The notes: generated from the letters alone by a model not told the origin. Positions 1 through 9,494 are shown, counted from the first letter of the stretch. The stretch is DNA of 64,000 nucleotides from Ferrithrix thermotolerans DSM 19514 (GCA_945889085.1 CAMDBM010000002.1:9745-73744); one strand, 5' to 3'. Numbers and translations: made by a program.

Positions 1-455
1 CCGTCGAGGACCGCCTTCGCCGTGTGTGGACAGCGCTGCTCTGGCGTGCACGGATCGAGGAGTCCGTCGCTGCACTGTGGAAGTTGTTCAACCGCAAAGT
101 GCCGATCGGTGTGGTCTCCAACGCGAGCGGACAAATCGAGGGCATCCTTGCCACACAGGGCATCTGCCAGGTAGGTGCCGGAGCCGGGGTTCCCGTGAGC
201 GTGGTGAGCGACTCGCACGTGGTCGGTTTCGCGAAGCCCGATCCGCGTGTGTTCGAGCCGGCGCTCGCCGTTCTGGCGGCGCAGGGGATCACCGACGGCT
301 CGCGTATCGGCTACATCGGAGACTCGTTCATCAACGACGTTGCCGGCGCTGCGGCCGCCGGTCTCGTGCCCCTGCACCTCGATCCGTACGGCCTGTACGA
401 CGACCTCGGCCACGAGCGGATCCAGTCGCTGCACGACCTGCTCGACTGGGTGTGA
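1..455 (+). CDS. HAD-superfamily hydrolase (5' end outside the window)
   Basis: The frame stays open from base 3. HAD motif III/IV-like GFAKPDPRVF and IGDSFINDVAGAAAAG are present. Stop at 453..455. Confidence 0.75.
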   Translation, partial: VEDRLRRVWTALLWRARIEESVAALWKLFNRKVPIGVVSNASGQIEGILATQGICQVGAGAGVPVSVVSDSHVVGFAKPDPRVFEPALAVLAAQGITDGSRIGYIGDSFINDVAGAAAAGLVPLHLDPYGLYDDLGHERIQSLHDLLDWV

Positions 456-462
456 CCTGAAC

Positions 463-1110
463 GTGCCCGGTGGTGACGAGCAGCAAGCGCGTGTGCCGGG
501 CAGCGAGGTGTCGGCGCGCTGGGTGAAGTGGCGCCGCGCGATCAACCTCGACGAGTACGACGCACGCTGGCAGCGAATGGTGGACGCTGGCGAGGCGGCG
601 CACGGCGAGGCGGATTTCCTCGACACGCTCGGTGCAGGTGCGGTGCTCGATGCGGGTTGCGGCACGGGTCGTCTCGCGATCGAACTCGCACACCGTGGTC
701 GCGAGGTTGTCGGCGTGGACCTCGATGTGGACATGGTGGACCGTGCACGCCGCAAGGCCCCGCAGATCGACTGGCACGTTGCGGATCTCGCCACCGTGCA
801 GCTCGGCCGCACGTTCCCGATCGTGGTGATGGCGGGCAACATCCTGCTGTTCTGCAAGCCCGAGGACCGTGGGGCGATCGTCGCGAATCTTTCGCACCAC
901 CTCGAACCCGGCGGTCGACTCGTCGCAGGCTTCAGCCTCGACGCGCAGGGCTATCCCGTCGAGCGTTACGACGAACTGTGCGCTGCAGCGGGCCTGGTGC
1001 TGGAGGCGCGCTACGCCACCTGGGAGCGAGCACCGTTTGCTGGCGGCGACGGTGCTGGCGCCGACGGTGCTGGCGGGGACTATGCCGTCAGCATCCACCG
1101 CCAGCCCTAA
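463..1110 (+). CDS. class I SAM-dependent methyltransferase
   Basis: SAM-binding motif I VLDAGCGTGRLAIELA followed by VVGVDLD. GTG at 463 lies just after the upstream stop. The earlier part of ORF 247..1110 overlaps the HAD gene and is not credible. Confidence 0.8.
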   Translation: MPGGDEQQARVPGSEVSARWVKWRRAINLDEYDARWQRMVDAGEAAHGEADFLDTLGAGAVLDAGCGTGRLAIELAHRGREVVGVDLDVDMVDRARRKAPQIDWHVADLATVQLGRTFPIVVMAGNILLFCKPEDRGAIVANLSHHLEPGGRLVAGFSLDAQGYPVERYDELCAAAGLVLEARYATWERAPFAGGDGAGADGAGGDYAVSIHRQP

Positions 1111-1182
1111 CCCCTCAGGGATCTCGGTCTACTTCTGGCGGAGGGGTCGCCCGATGTAGACCCAGAACTTGGTGAGGGAGGG

Positions 1183-2781
1183 TTACTTGCCGAGCGAGTC
1201 GACGAGGCGGCGGGCAACCACCTTGAGGCACAGGGTCTCGTCGGCACCCTCGAAGATGCTGAGCACGCGGGCATCGACGAACAGCCGGCTCACGCTGTAC
1301 TCCTCGGCGTAGCCGTAGCCGCCGTGGATTTGCATGGCCTCACGGGTAACCCACTCGGCGGCCTTGCACACGTAGGCCTTCACCATCGAGGCCTCCATCT
1401 GGCCCTGACCCTTCGCCATGAGCGTCGCCACGGCGTAGGAGAACTGGCGGGATGCCTGGATCACGAATGCCATGCGGCCGAGCTTCACCTTCGTGAGTTC
1501 GTAGTCGCCCACGGTGTTGCCGAACACGGTGCGGTCCTGGGAGTAGGTGAGCGCAGCCTCGTACGCAGCCTGCATCACGCCGACGGCGCGTGCAGCGGTC
1601 TGCAGACGGCCGTTCTCGAATCCCTCCATCTGGTAGTAGAAGCCCTTGCCCATGCCGTCCTCGAGGCCGATGAGGTTCTCGGCGGGCACCCACCAGGCAT
1701 CGAGAGCGATCTCGTAGGAGTGCATGCCGCGGTACCCGATGGTGTCGATCGGGCGGCCTTCCATCTTGCCGCCACCGGGCTGGCTGAACTGGAAGCCGTG
1801 GGCATCGCCGAGCGGCTTGGGCACGATGAACACCGACAGGCCGCGGTGGGTCTTGGTGCGGTCCGGATCGGTGCGGGCGAGCAGCATGAGCACATTCGCG
1901 CGGGCGGCGAACGTGCACCAGGTCTTCACGCCGTTGATCACGTACCCGGCCTCGCCGTTGGGGCCTGCGGCCGGGGTGCCCGTGACCTTGATGCCGGCAA
2001 CGTCGGAGCCGTAATCGGGCTCGGTGACGGCCACGGCGCACATCACCTCAGCAGTAGCGAGCTTGGGCAGCCACTCCTGCTTCTGCTCCTCGGTGCCGCC
2101 CTTGACGAGCGCACGCGTGAGGATCTCGGGGCGGGTAATGAGCGAGCCGCCGATGCCGAGGCTGGCGCGGCTCAGTTCCTCGGTGGCGATGACCATCGCG
2201 GTGTACTCGCCGTCGCCGCCGGTGGAGAACCCGCCGTACTCCTCGGGGATCGAGAGGCCGAATGCGCCGATCTCGGCGAGTCCGCTGATGATGTTCTCGG
2301 GGACGTCCTCGTTGTAGCGGTGCACATGCTCGGCATGCGGGGCGATGACCTTGTCACCGAACGCGCGGAACGTGTCCTGCACCATCTCGAAGTCGGAGTC
2401 CAGATGACGTGGGCCGGGTGTAGCCGCAAGCGATGCGATGAACGACGGGTCGCGGTACGTGGCCACGAAGCCGTGTGCCGGTGTGAGCGCATTCGCGTCA
2501 ACGCCCCACAGCTGTTCGCGCCCGACCAGCTTGCACACGAGGTCGTGAACGGCATCAGCGACAAAGGCACAGGTGAGCGCGGATTCGACGGCGCCCTTTG
2601 CCCCGTAGTCGAGCATCGACCGGGCAGTGGACACGGCGGAGGCGGCATGAGCCACGTCGTACGCCAGCACCTGCTGGGAGTCTGGTCCACCGAGGTCGGC
2701 GAGGCGCCGTACGGCCTTGCCGACAACCCCCTCGGCCAGCTCGATGACGGAAACGGCAGCCTGCAGATCGTGGGCGGTCAT
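1183..2781 (-). CDS. acyl-CoA dehydrogenase family protein (long N-terminal extension)
   Basis: ACAD-like middle and C-terminal regions (TEPDYGSD, IHGGYGYAEEY, IFEGADE). Probable ATG at 2781 (MTAHDLQ). Confidence 0.85.
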   Translation of the reverse strand: MTAHDLQAAVSVIELAEGVVGKAVRRLADLGGPDSQQVLAYDVAHAASAVSTARSMLDYGAKGAVESALTCAFVADAVHDLVCKLVGREQLWGVDANALTPAHGFVATYRDPSFIASLAATPGPRHLDSDFEMVQDTFRAFGDKVIAPHAEHVHRYNEDVPENIISGLAEIGAFGLSIPEEYGGFSTGGDGEYTAMVIATEELSRASLGIGGSLITRPEILTRALVKGGTEEQKQEWLPKLATAEVMCAVAVTEPDYGSDVAGIKVTGTPAAGPNGEAGYVINGVKTWCTFAARANVLMLLARTDPDRTKTHRGLSVFIVPKPLGDAHGFQFSQPGGGKMEGRPIDTIGYRGMHSYEIALDAWWVPAENLIGLEDGMGKGFYYQMEGFENGRLQTAARAVGVMQAAYEAALTYSQDRTVFGNTVGDYELTKVKLGRMAFVIQASRQFSYAVATLMAKGQGQMEASMVKAYVCKAAEWVTREAMQIHGGYGYAEEYSVSRLFVDARVLSIFEGADETLCLKVVARRLVDSLGK

Positions 2782-2878
2782 AGTTCCACAACCTACCGAG
2801 CAGACCGCCCGCAACACTCCGTCGGCGACCGCCTCATAGATGGCCGCAGGGGAGGGCGTCGGGCGTCAGACTGGGTCG

Positions 2879-3436
2879 ATGCGGATCTGTGTGTACTGCG
2901 GCTCGAGCAAGGGCCCCGAGACCTTCCAGCGACTGGCCGTGGAACTAGGCGCCGAGATGGCCAGCCGGGGGATCGGGTTGGTCTACGGCGGGGGTGACGT
3001 CGGTCTCATGGGGATCATTGCGGACGCCGTGCTCGCCGGTGGTGGTGAGGTGATTGGGGTGATCCCCGAGGCGATGATCCCCTTCGAGGTGGCCCACCGG
3101 GGGCTGAACGAGCTGATCGTCGTGGACTCGATGCACGCCCGCAAGTTCAAGATGGCCGAGCTGTCCGACGCGTTCATCGCCCTGCCGGGTGGGTTCGGCA
3201 CACTTGACGAGATCTTCGAGATCCTCTCGTGGAACCAGCTCGGCTACCTGCGCAAGCCGGCGATCTTCCTCGACGTCGAGGGGTTCTGGGACCCGATGTT
3301 TGCCCAGATCGACGTGATGAGCGAGGCGGGTCTGTTGCGCCCCAAACACCGTGGGCTGGCGCAACGAGCAGGGTCGGTTGCGGAGGCGATCGATCTCGCA
3401 GCCGCCGCCCCGCCGCCCACCGAGTCCAAGAAGTAG
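2879..3436 (+). CDS. LOG family / TIGR00730 Rossmann-fold protein (cytokinin riboside 5'-monophosphate phosphoribohydrolase-like)
   Basis: Starts MRICVYCGSS. Carries the signature PGGFGTLDE. Confidence 0.85.
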   Translation: MRICVYCGSSKGPETFQRLAVELGAEMASRGIGLVYGGGDVGLMGIIADAVLAGGGEVIGVIPEAMIPFEVAHRGLNELIVVDSMHARKFKMAELSDAFIALPGGFGTLDEIFEILSWNQLGYLRKPAIFLDVEGFWDPMFAQIDVMSEAGLLRPKHRGLAQRAGSVAEAIDLAAAAPPPTESKK

Positions 3437-3449
3437 CGGAGCCCGGGGG

Positions 3450-4646
3450 TTACTCGCCGAAGGTGACCGGACACATGCGCGGCCCGCGCACCTGACCGCC
3501 GGCCCAGGTGACTTCTGCGCCCTCGGTAAGGCCGAATTCGGGGATCATTGCGAGCCATTCCTCGACGGCCACGCGCAGTTCCATGCGAGCGAGGTTGGCG
3601 CCTGCGCAGCGGTGGATGCCCGATCCGAACGCGATGTGGCGGTTCTGCTCGCGGTCGAAGTCGACCACGTCGGGGTTCGGGAACACGTCCGGGTCCCGGT
3701 TGGCAGCCGGGAACGCGAGCAGCACGTTGTCGCCCTTGTGCATCGGGCAGCCGTTGTACTCGAAGTCCTCGGTGACGATGCGGGCCATGGTGACCGGCGA
3801 GTACGCGCGGAGCAGTTCCTCGAGCGCGAACGGCATGATCTCGGGGTCGTCGATGAGCCGTTGCCGGTCGGCGGGGTGCGTAGCGAGGTGCCACAGTGCG
3901 GAACCGATGGCGCTCCAAGTGGTATCCACCCCGGCGAGGAGTGTGAGCGCTGCCGTGCCGAGCACGTGGGCGTCGGGAATGGCCTCGCCCTCCACCTTGG
4001 TGTGCGCAAGCTCGCTGATGAGGTCGTCGCCCGGGTTGGCCTTGCGCTCTTCGAGGGCCTGCATGAAAAAGGTGAAAATATTGATCTGCCCGCGCTGGAG
4101 GCGCTCGGGGTCGTAGGCGAACTCGAGGACGTCACGCACCCAGCTCGTGAAGTCGTCCGACATCTCGGCGGGAACGCCGAGCACCTTGGCGATGATGCGC
4201 ACCGGGATCTGCTGGGCGTAGTCCTGTGCGGCGTCGGCCTTGCCATCCTCGATAAAGCCCCGAATGAGGCTGCGGCACAGTTCACGCGTAATGACCTCGT
4301 ACTCGGCCACCCTGGTGTGGGAGAACCAAGGGAGCAGGAGACGACGCGACCAGGTGTGCACCGGCGGGTCACTGGTGATCGGCGGGAGACCCATCGGGAA
4401 CGGGTCCGGCGCGCCCTCGGGTGCACGGATCACGCCGACCTCGGCAGAGCTGAAGTGCTCGACATCGTGGGCGATCGCCACGACGTCGTCGTACTTGGTG
4501 GGCAACCACGATCCGCCCCAGCGATCCGTGTGGGCAACCGGGCAGGTGCCGCGCAGTTCCTCGTACACGGGGTACGGGTCCTTCACGAACTCCGGGTCAA
4601 CCACGTCGTAGTCGGTTGCCCAGTTCAGGTGGTTCGGTGTGGACAC
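3450..4646 (-). CDS. cytochrome P450
   Basis: Heme-thiolate loop FGSGIHRCAGANLA, EELLR (ExxR) and the I-helix AGVDTT. GTG start preceded by GAGGAGG. Confidence 0.9.
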   Translation of the reverse strand: MSTPNHLNWATDYDVVDPEFVKDPYPVYEELRGTCPVAHTDRWGGSWLPTKYDDVVAIAHDVEHFSSAEVGVIRAPEGAPDPFPMGLPPITSDPPVHTWSRRLLLPWFSHTRVAEYEVITRELCRSLIRGFIEDGKADAAQDYAQQIPVRIIAKVLGVPAEMSDDFTSWVRDVLEFAYDPERLQRGQINIFTFFMQALEERKANPGDDLISELAHTKVEGEAIPDAHVLGTAALTLLAGVDTTWSAIGSALWHLATHPADRQRLIDDPEIMPFALEELLRAYSPVTMARIVTEDFEYNGCPMHKGDNVLLAFPAANRDPDVFPNPDVVDFDREQNRHIAFGSGIHRCAGANLARMELRVAVEEWLAMIPEFGLTEGAEVTWAGGQVRGPRMCPVTFGE

Positions 4647-4935
4647 GGGATTCCTCCTCGGATCCGGCGGACTGGGCCGGACTGCGCAATCCTAGGCAAC
4701 GGTGTGCCGAACGTCACGAGATTAGTGATGGGTGTCATGGCCGCCCACACAGTCCCGACGCCGTTTCTGGGTGGAGAGTACGGTGGCACCCAATGCCAGC
4801 GCCGTCCGATCCGTCGTGCCTTGAGCGTTTGGTCGACACGTTGTTCAACCCCGCCGTTGCGCAGGTGCCGAAGGTCGATGCGGCACTCGCCGGGATCGTG
4901 GGATGCCTCGCCCCGTTTGCTGGATCGGCTAGCAA

Positions 4936-6072
4936 ATGAGTGTGGACGAGACCGTGACACCGAGGCGAACGCGCCGGCGCCACTGGTGGTACGTGCGCGG
5001 AAGCCTCAAGGTGATGGCGTCGTTCTTCGTCTTCTGGTTCCTCATCCTTCCGCTCATCCCGGGCTTCCGGAAGGCGAGCAGCGACCTGCAGAACTCGAAC
5101 TTCTGGTTCCTCGGCGTGGGCTTTGTCCTCGAGGGCGTCGCCCTGTTCTGCTACTCGATGCTGACACACGCCGCGCTCGGGGCGCCCTCGCCCAAGCCAC
5201 TGCGGTTGTTCCGCATCCAGCTGTCGACCCGGGCGGTGTCTTCACTCATGCCTGGTGGGTCGGCGGCAGGTTCCGCACTCGGCTACCGCTTGCTCACAAC
5301 CTCGGGGGTTCCGGCAGCAGACGCCGGGTTCGCGCTCGCCACCGTGGGCCTCGGGTCTGCCGTGATGCTCAACATCTTGCTGTTCTTCGCGTTGATGGTG
5401 TCCATCCCGCTTCGCGGCTTCAACCCTGTCTACGGCTCGGCTGCGGTGGTCGGGGTCATCCTTCTGATGTTCTCGGCCGGTGTCGTTGTCGGCCTGCTGC
5501 AGGGCCAGACACGCGCCGAGCGGCTCGTGCGCTGGGTCGCACGGCGGCTGCGCTTCGACCCGGACCGCGCGGTCGCTGTCATCCGTCACGTGGCCGATCG
5601 CATGCGGTACCTCCTGAGGGACCGCCAGCTGTTGGCACGTGTCGCGGTGTGGGCGGCGCTCAACTGGTTGCTCGACGCGGCGGCCCTCTGGTTCTTCCTG
5701 CGCGCGTTCGGCGGTTCCATCGCCGTGGACGGCCTGCTCGTGGCGTTCTGTCTGGCGAACGTGCTGGCCGTCATCCCGATCACCCCGGGCGGCCTCGGGA
5801 TCGTCGAGGGTGTCTACATCCCCGCACTCACCGGGTTCGGCCTGACTCGAAGCCAGTCGTCGCTCGGCGTGCTCGGCTATCGGCTGGCCCAGTACTGGGT
5901 GCCGATGCTGATCGGTGGTCTCTGTTACGTCTCGCTGCGAGTCGGCCCGTGGTCGATGGAGCGCCGGGACCGCCTCGCCCGACTGCGCCAGGTGGCCCAT
6001 GACTCAATCATGGACACCACCGACTCGCTGGAGTGGGCCGAGAAATACGCACAGCGCCGTCCGGGCACGTAG
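4936..6072 (+). CDS. integral membrane protein, lysylphosphatidylglycerol-synthase-TM / flippase-like family
   Basis: Polytopic hydrophobic protein with a basic N-terminus and PITPGGLGIVEG typical of the UPF0104/LPG_synthase_TM family. Confidence 0.6.
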   Translation: MSVDETVTPRRTRRRHWWYVRGSLKVMASFFVFWFLILPLIPGFRKASSDLQNSNFWFLGVGFVLEGVALFCYSMLTHAALGAPSPKPLRLFRIQLSTRAVSSLMPGGSAAGSALGYRLLTTSGVPAADAGFALATVGLGSAVMLNILLFFALMVSIPLRGFNPVYGSAAVVGVILLMFSAGVVVGLLQGQTRAERLVRWVARRLRFDPDRAVAVIRHVADRMRYLLRDRQLLARVAVWAALNWLLDAAALWFFLRAFGGSIAVDGLLVAFCLANVLAVIPITPGGLGIVEGVYIPALTGFGLTRSQSSLGVLGYRLAQYWVPMLIGGLCYVSLRVGPWSMERRDRLARLRQVAHDSIMDTTDSLEWAEKYAQRRPGT

Positions 6073-6084
6073 CGTTTGGGTCCT

Positions 6085-6600
6085 ATGACCGTCCACGATC
6101 GCCCCTTCGGCCGCTGCCTCGAAGACTTCGCAGTTGGTGACATCTACCGGCACTGGCCCGGCAAGACCATCACCGAGTACGACGACCACCTCTTCTGCAT
6201 GATCACCATGAATCATCACCCGTTGCACACCAACGACTGGTTTGCGGCCAAGAGCGTTCAGGGTCGCAATGTGGTGGTCGGCAACCTCGTGTACTCCCTC
6301 ACGCTCGGCATGAGTGTCCCCGACGTGAGCGGTGCCGCCATCGCCAACCTCGAGGTGGAGACGCTGCAGCACAAGTTCCCCACATTCCACGGGGACACCA
6401 TTCACGCCGAGACCCGTGTCCTCGACGTGCAGGAATCGAAGTCTCGCAACGACCGCGGTGTCGTCACCGTCGAGACAAAGGCGTTCAACCAGGACGGCAA
6501 GGAAGTGTGTTACTTCCGCCGTCGCGTGATGGTGTGGAAGCGCGAGTTCGCCCCCTCGCGGGAGCGCCCGTATGACGGCCAGGACGTCTGGGCCGGCTGA
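6085..6600 (+). CDS. MaoC-family (hot-dog fold) dehydratase
   Basis: Hot-dog hydratase pattern: ITEYDDHLFCMITMNHHPLHTN, then GDTIHAETRVLDV and GVVTVETKAFNQDG. Confidence 0.8.
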   Translation: MTVHDRPFGRCLEDFAVGDIYRHWPGKTITEYDDHLFCMITMNHHPLHTNDWFAAKSVQGRNVVVGNLVYSLTLGMSVPDVSGAAIANLEVETLQHKFPTFHGDTIHAETRVLDVQESKSRNDRGVVTVETKAFNQDGKEVCYFRRRVMVWKREFAPSRERPYDGQDVWAG

Positions 6601-6613
6601 TCCCGCGTTGAGC

Positions 6614-7459
6614 ATGGCCGACCTCGTCGGCCGTGTGCTGGCGTGGGGTTTGCCCCGCATGCGGGATCTGCCGTGGCGGCAGTCCCGGGACCCGTGGGGC
6701 ATCCTCGTCGCAGAGGTGATGGCCCAACAGACGCAGGTGGACCGGGTGGTGCAGCGCTGGGGCCGGTTCCTCGAGCGCTTCCCCACTCCGGCCGCGTGCG
6801 CAGCCGCACCGCTCGGTGACGTCCTGCGCGAGTGGCAGGGCCTCGGGTACCCGAGGCGAGCAAGGCATCTCCACGAGTCAGCGAACCGCGTGGTGGAGCT
6901 CGGCGTATTCCCGTCCACGCTTGACGGGCTGCTGAGCCTGCCCGGGGTCGGTCAGTACACGGCGCGTGCGGTGCTCGCCTTCGCGTTTGAGTCGCCGGCG
7001 GCCGTGGTGGACACGAACATCGCACGGGTGCTCGCAAGGACGGTGGGGGAGCGGCTCACGGCGAAACGTGCGCAGTCGATTGCCGACGAACTCTGCCCGC
7101 CCGAGGATTCGTGGGTGTGGAACCAGGTGATCATGGACCTCGGTGCCGTCCTGTGCAGGCCAGCGCCTCGCTGTGCTGAGTGTCCGATCCAGCAGCAGTG
7201 CGTATGGACTGCGTCGGGTCAGCCGGATCCAGACCCTGCGATCGGCACGGCCGGCGTCAGTGGCAAGCAGGCGCGTTTCGAGGGATCGGACCGTCAGGCC
7301 CGCGGCCGACTGATGGCGAGGCTTGTTGTGGGCCCCCTCTCGGCTGCCGAGGCTGCGGCCGCGATGCAGGTGGACGCAGAACGCGCCGAGCGACTCGTCT
7401 CGGCGCTCGTCGCCGAGGGTCTTGTTGTCGGCAACGGTGAGTCGCTCCGGCTGCCCTAG
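6614..7459 (+). CDS. mutY: A/G-specific adenine DNA glycosylase (MutY/HhH-GPD family)
   Basis: LPWRQSRDPWGILVAEVMAQQTQV, HhH LPGVGQYTARAVLAFAF, and the 4Fe-4S loop CRPAPRCAECPIQQQC. Confidence 0.8.
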   Translation: MADLVGRVLAWGLPRMRDLPWRQSRDPWGILVAEVMAQQTQVDRVVQRWGRFLERFPTPAACAAAPLGDVLREWQGLGYPRRARHLHESANRVVELGVFPSTLDGLLSLPGVGQYTARAVLAFAFESPAAVVDTNIARVLARTVGERLTAKRAQSIADELCPPEDSWVWNQVIMDLGAVLCRPAPRCAECPIQQQCVWTASGQPDPDPAIGTAGVSGKQARFEGSDRQARGRLMARLVVGPLSAAEAAAAMQVDAERAERLVSALVAEGLVVGNGESLRLP

Positions 7460-7466
7460 GGCCTGC

Positions 7467-8006
7467 TCAGCGGGTCACGGAGCGAAGGATCTCGGCGAAG
7501 GCCTCGTCGGCCTTGGCGCGCATCTCGTCGTCGGTGCGGTCCTGAATGGGATGTGGCACGAACACGCTCGCCGGCGTGAAGCCGAGTGCCGCTGATTGCG
7601 CCTCGGCGGCCTGAACGAACTCGGTGGAGGCAATGAACATGCCGACCACACCGCGGGACTCGAGATCACTGATGTCGTGCACACTGCACGACGTACAACT
7701 GCCTCAATCGGCGAGTGCTTCGATAACCACCTGGCACTGGCTGGCGATCTCGTGGCGGAGGTCCACGGGGGCCGGCTTGGTGAAGGTGGGCTTCTTGAAG
7801 CGTTTCACCTTCGCCCCGACCTCGGTGAGACGCTGCTCGAGCCGGTCGAGGAACACGTCGCCGCGCGCCTTGGAGATGTCGAGCAGACCGACGGTCATGC
7901 CGGACAGCGTCGTCGGTCGCTCGAGGAGCGTCCGGTGGGCGACGGTGCGCTCACTCGTGGGATCCAAGATGGTCGTGGTCACGTGCTCATCTCCTCGTGT
8001 CGTCAA
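7467..8006 (-). CDS. UGSC-family selenoprotein with in-frame UGA (selenocysteine) at 7704..7706
   Basis: Track ORFs 7704..8006 and 7467..7682 are one frame (540 nt), interrupted only by TGA. Read-through gives ...VVIEALAD-U-GSC-TSCSVHDISD..., which contains the U-G-S-C signature. A SECIS-like hairpin follows. The likely true start is GTG 7982, 8 nt after GAGGAG (7991..7996). Confidence 0.8.
7674..7692 (-). promoter_or_regulatory. putative bacterial SECIS hairpin
   Basis: On the minus strand, exactly 11 nt after the UGA, lies GTCGTGCA-GTG-TGCACGAC. This is a perfect 8-bp stem, or 7 bp plus a 5-nt AGUGU loop, with G/U in the apical loop. Confidence 0.65.
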
Positions 8007-8021
8007 TTCTGTGTCGTCGGT

Positions 8022-9494
8022 TCATCGCCAAGTCACTTCTCGTGTGACGGGCTGGCTGCCCGCCGCACCGTTTAGCCAGCCACCGATCATGGTGGAGAAC
8101 AACCCGGCACCGCCACCAGCATGCACCAAGAGGATGCCGCCCTGCCGGAACTTCGGGAGTGTTTGGTCTTTCAGGCCCTCCGGCACGCCCTCGGCGATAC
8201 CGGCGGCCCCGCGGATGATGTCCGCACCCGCTATCTGCGTGCGCTCGTGGAGCTCGGCGAGGATGCGGGTTCGGTCCCACCCGGCGTCCGCGAACACACG
8301 GGCGTGCTCCGGGCCGAGGATGAGGACGACGTCAAAGGCGATGACAAGCTTCGGATGCGTCATGGCGCGCAATGCAGCAGCCAACGAGTTGGCCAGCGAC
8401 TCGGGTGTGCGTGACAACTGATCCACAATCACCTTGGGGCCTTCGCCGGCAAACAGCGTGATGGCGTCCGTGCCCGGGGTGATCCCGCGTTCGGTGGCGA
8501 GCGAGGTCCACGGCGAGCCCACTTCGTCCTCGGGGAAGCAGAACGAGATCTTCCCAGGATTGCCGTGTGCCGCGCGGTCCACGCCGCCCGGACGGCCACC
8601 GCCGACATTGCGGATCACGAGTTGCAAGGCCCTGCCGATGGTGAGGTTGGCGCGGTTGCCCTGGCCGAGCACGTTGACACCGCTGTTCATACCGATGGCC
8701 TGCGTGCCCGGACCGTTACAGATGATGACCGGACCCACCGGCATCGTGGTGGCCAGCACGCCGTGGATGTTGAACTCGTCGGTGCACGCGGCCTGCACGG
8801 CAGTAAGCACCCACGGGAAATACTCGGGTTTGCAACCGGCCATGACGGCGTTGATCGCAACCTTCTCCACCGTGATCTCCACGAGGTCCGGTGGCACGAT
8901 CGCAACGAGTTCGTCCGGAGCGTGCGAGGTTCCCTCGAGCATGCGCAGCACGCGGGCCTCGGTGGGCGGCACGACGGGGAGGCCGTCGGTCCAGCCGCGC
9001 TCGAACAATGTCTCCATCTCGTCCTCGAGCGTTGCGAGTTCGATGCGGCGTGCACGCAATTTTGATCCGGTGAAGCGGACGCGCAGTTCGTCGGCAAGGT
9101 CGGGATCCACCGACTTCGACCCGCAACCCGGGCGCATCACCGGAAGATCGGGTGCTAGCCCCGCAACGCCGCTGACCTGCTCCCAGTCGGTACGGGACCA
9201 GCCAACAGTGCGTTCAAGCTCCCGGCCGTTAGCCACCCGGATGAGCGTGGGTACGGTCTCGATCTCGTGGTGCCAACTGACAGCGAGCTCGGCATCCGAG
9301 AGTGACGGCAGGCCGCCAAGGAACGACGCATCGTCCTGCACGTAGACGGTGAGCGGGGTTGCCGAGGCACCCAACTGTTCGAGCACGGGCACGACCATGC
9401 GGCATGTGGCGCAGTCCTGCTTGACGACCACGACGAGTCCGTCGGGTAGTACAGGTGCGGCGGTCGGGGCGACGGCGTGCGGCTCAGCGGACAT
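8022..9494 (-). CDS. thioredoxin-fold (CxxC) domain fused to a ~350-aa domain of unknown function
   Basis: 490-aa ORF with ATG at 9494. The N-terminus VVVVKQDCATCRMVVPVLEQL is thioredoxin-like. I do not recognise the remainder (GWTDGLPVVPPT..., GGGRPGGVDRAAHGNPGK...). The ORF ends 15 nt upstream of the UGSC ORF on the same strand. Confidence 0.6.
   Translation of the reverse strand: MSAEPHAVAPTAAPVLPDGLVVVVKQDCATCRMVVPVLEQLGASATPLTVYVQDDASFLGGLPSLSDAELAVSWHHEIETVPTLIRVANGRELERTVGWSRTDWEQVSGVAGLAPDLPVMRPGCGSKSVDPDLADELRVRFTGSKLRARRIELATLEDEMETLFERGWTDGLPVVPPTEARVLRMLEGTSHAPDELVAIVPPDLVEITVEKVAINAVMAGCKPEYFPWVLTAVQAACTDEFNIHGVLATTMPVGPVIICNGPGTQAIGMNSGVNVLGQGNRANLTIGRALQLVIRNVGGGRPGGVDRAAHGNPGKISFCFPEDEVGSPWTSLATERGITPGTDAITLFAGEGPKVIVDQLSRTPESLANSLAAALRAMTHPKLVIAFDVVLILGPEHARVFADAGWDRTRILAELHERTQIAGADIIRGAAGIAEGVPEGLKDQTLPKFRQGGILLVHAGGGAGLFSTMIGGWLNGAAGSQPVTREVTWR

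Noticed and set aside
3351-6002. 883-aa plus-strand ORF spanning the P450 and membrane-protein loci
   Set aside because: It runs antisense to the P450 and out of frame with the membrane protein gene. Its composition is Arg/Gly/Pro-dominated with no recognisable domain.
7467-8006. Reading the two small ORFs as a nonsense-mutated pseudogene or as two separate genes
   Set aside because: The interruption is a single TGA placed exactly in a UGSC motif, and a hairpin follows 11 nt downstream. The supposed start codon of the second ORF lies in that hairpin loop. Selenocysteine recoding explains all of these observations better.
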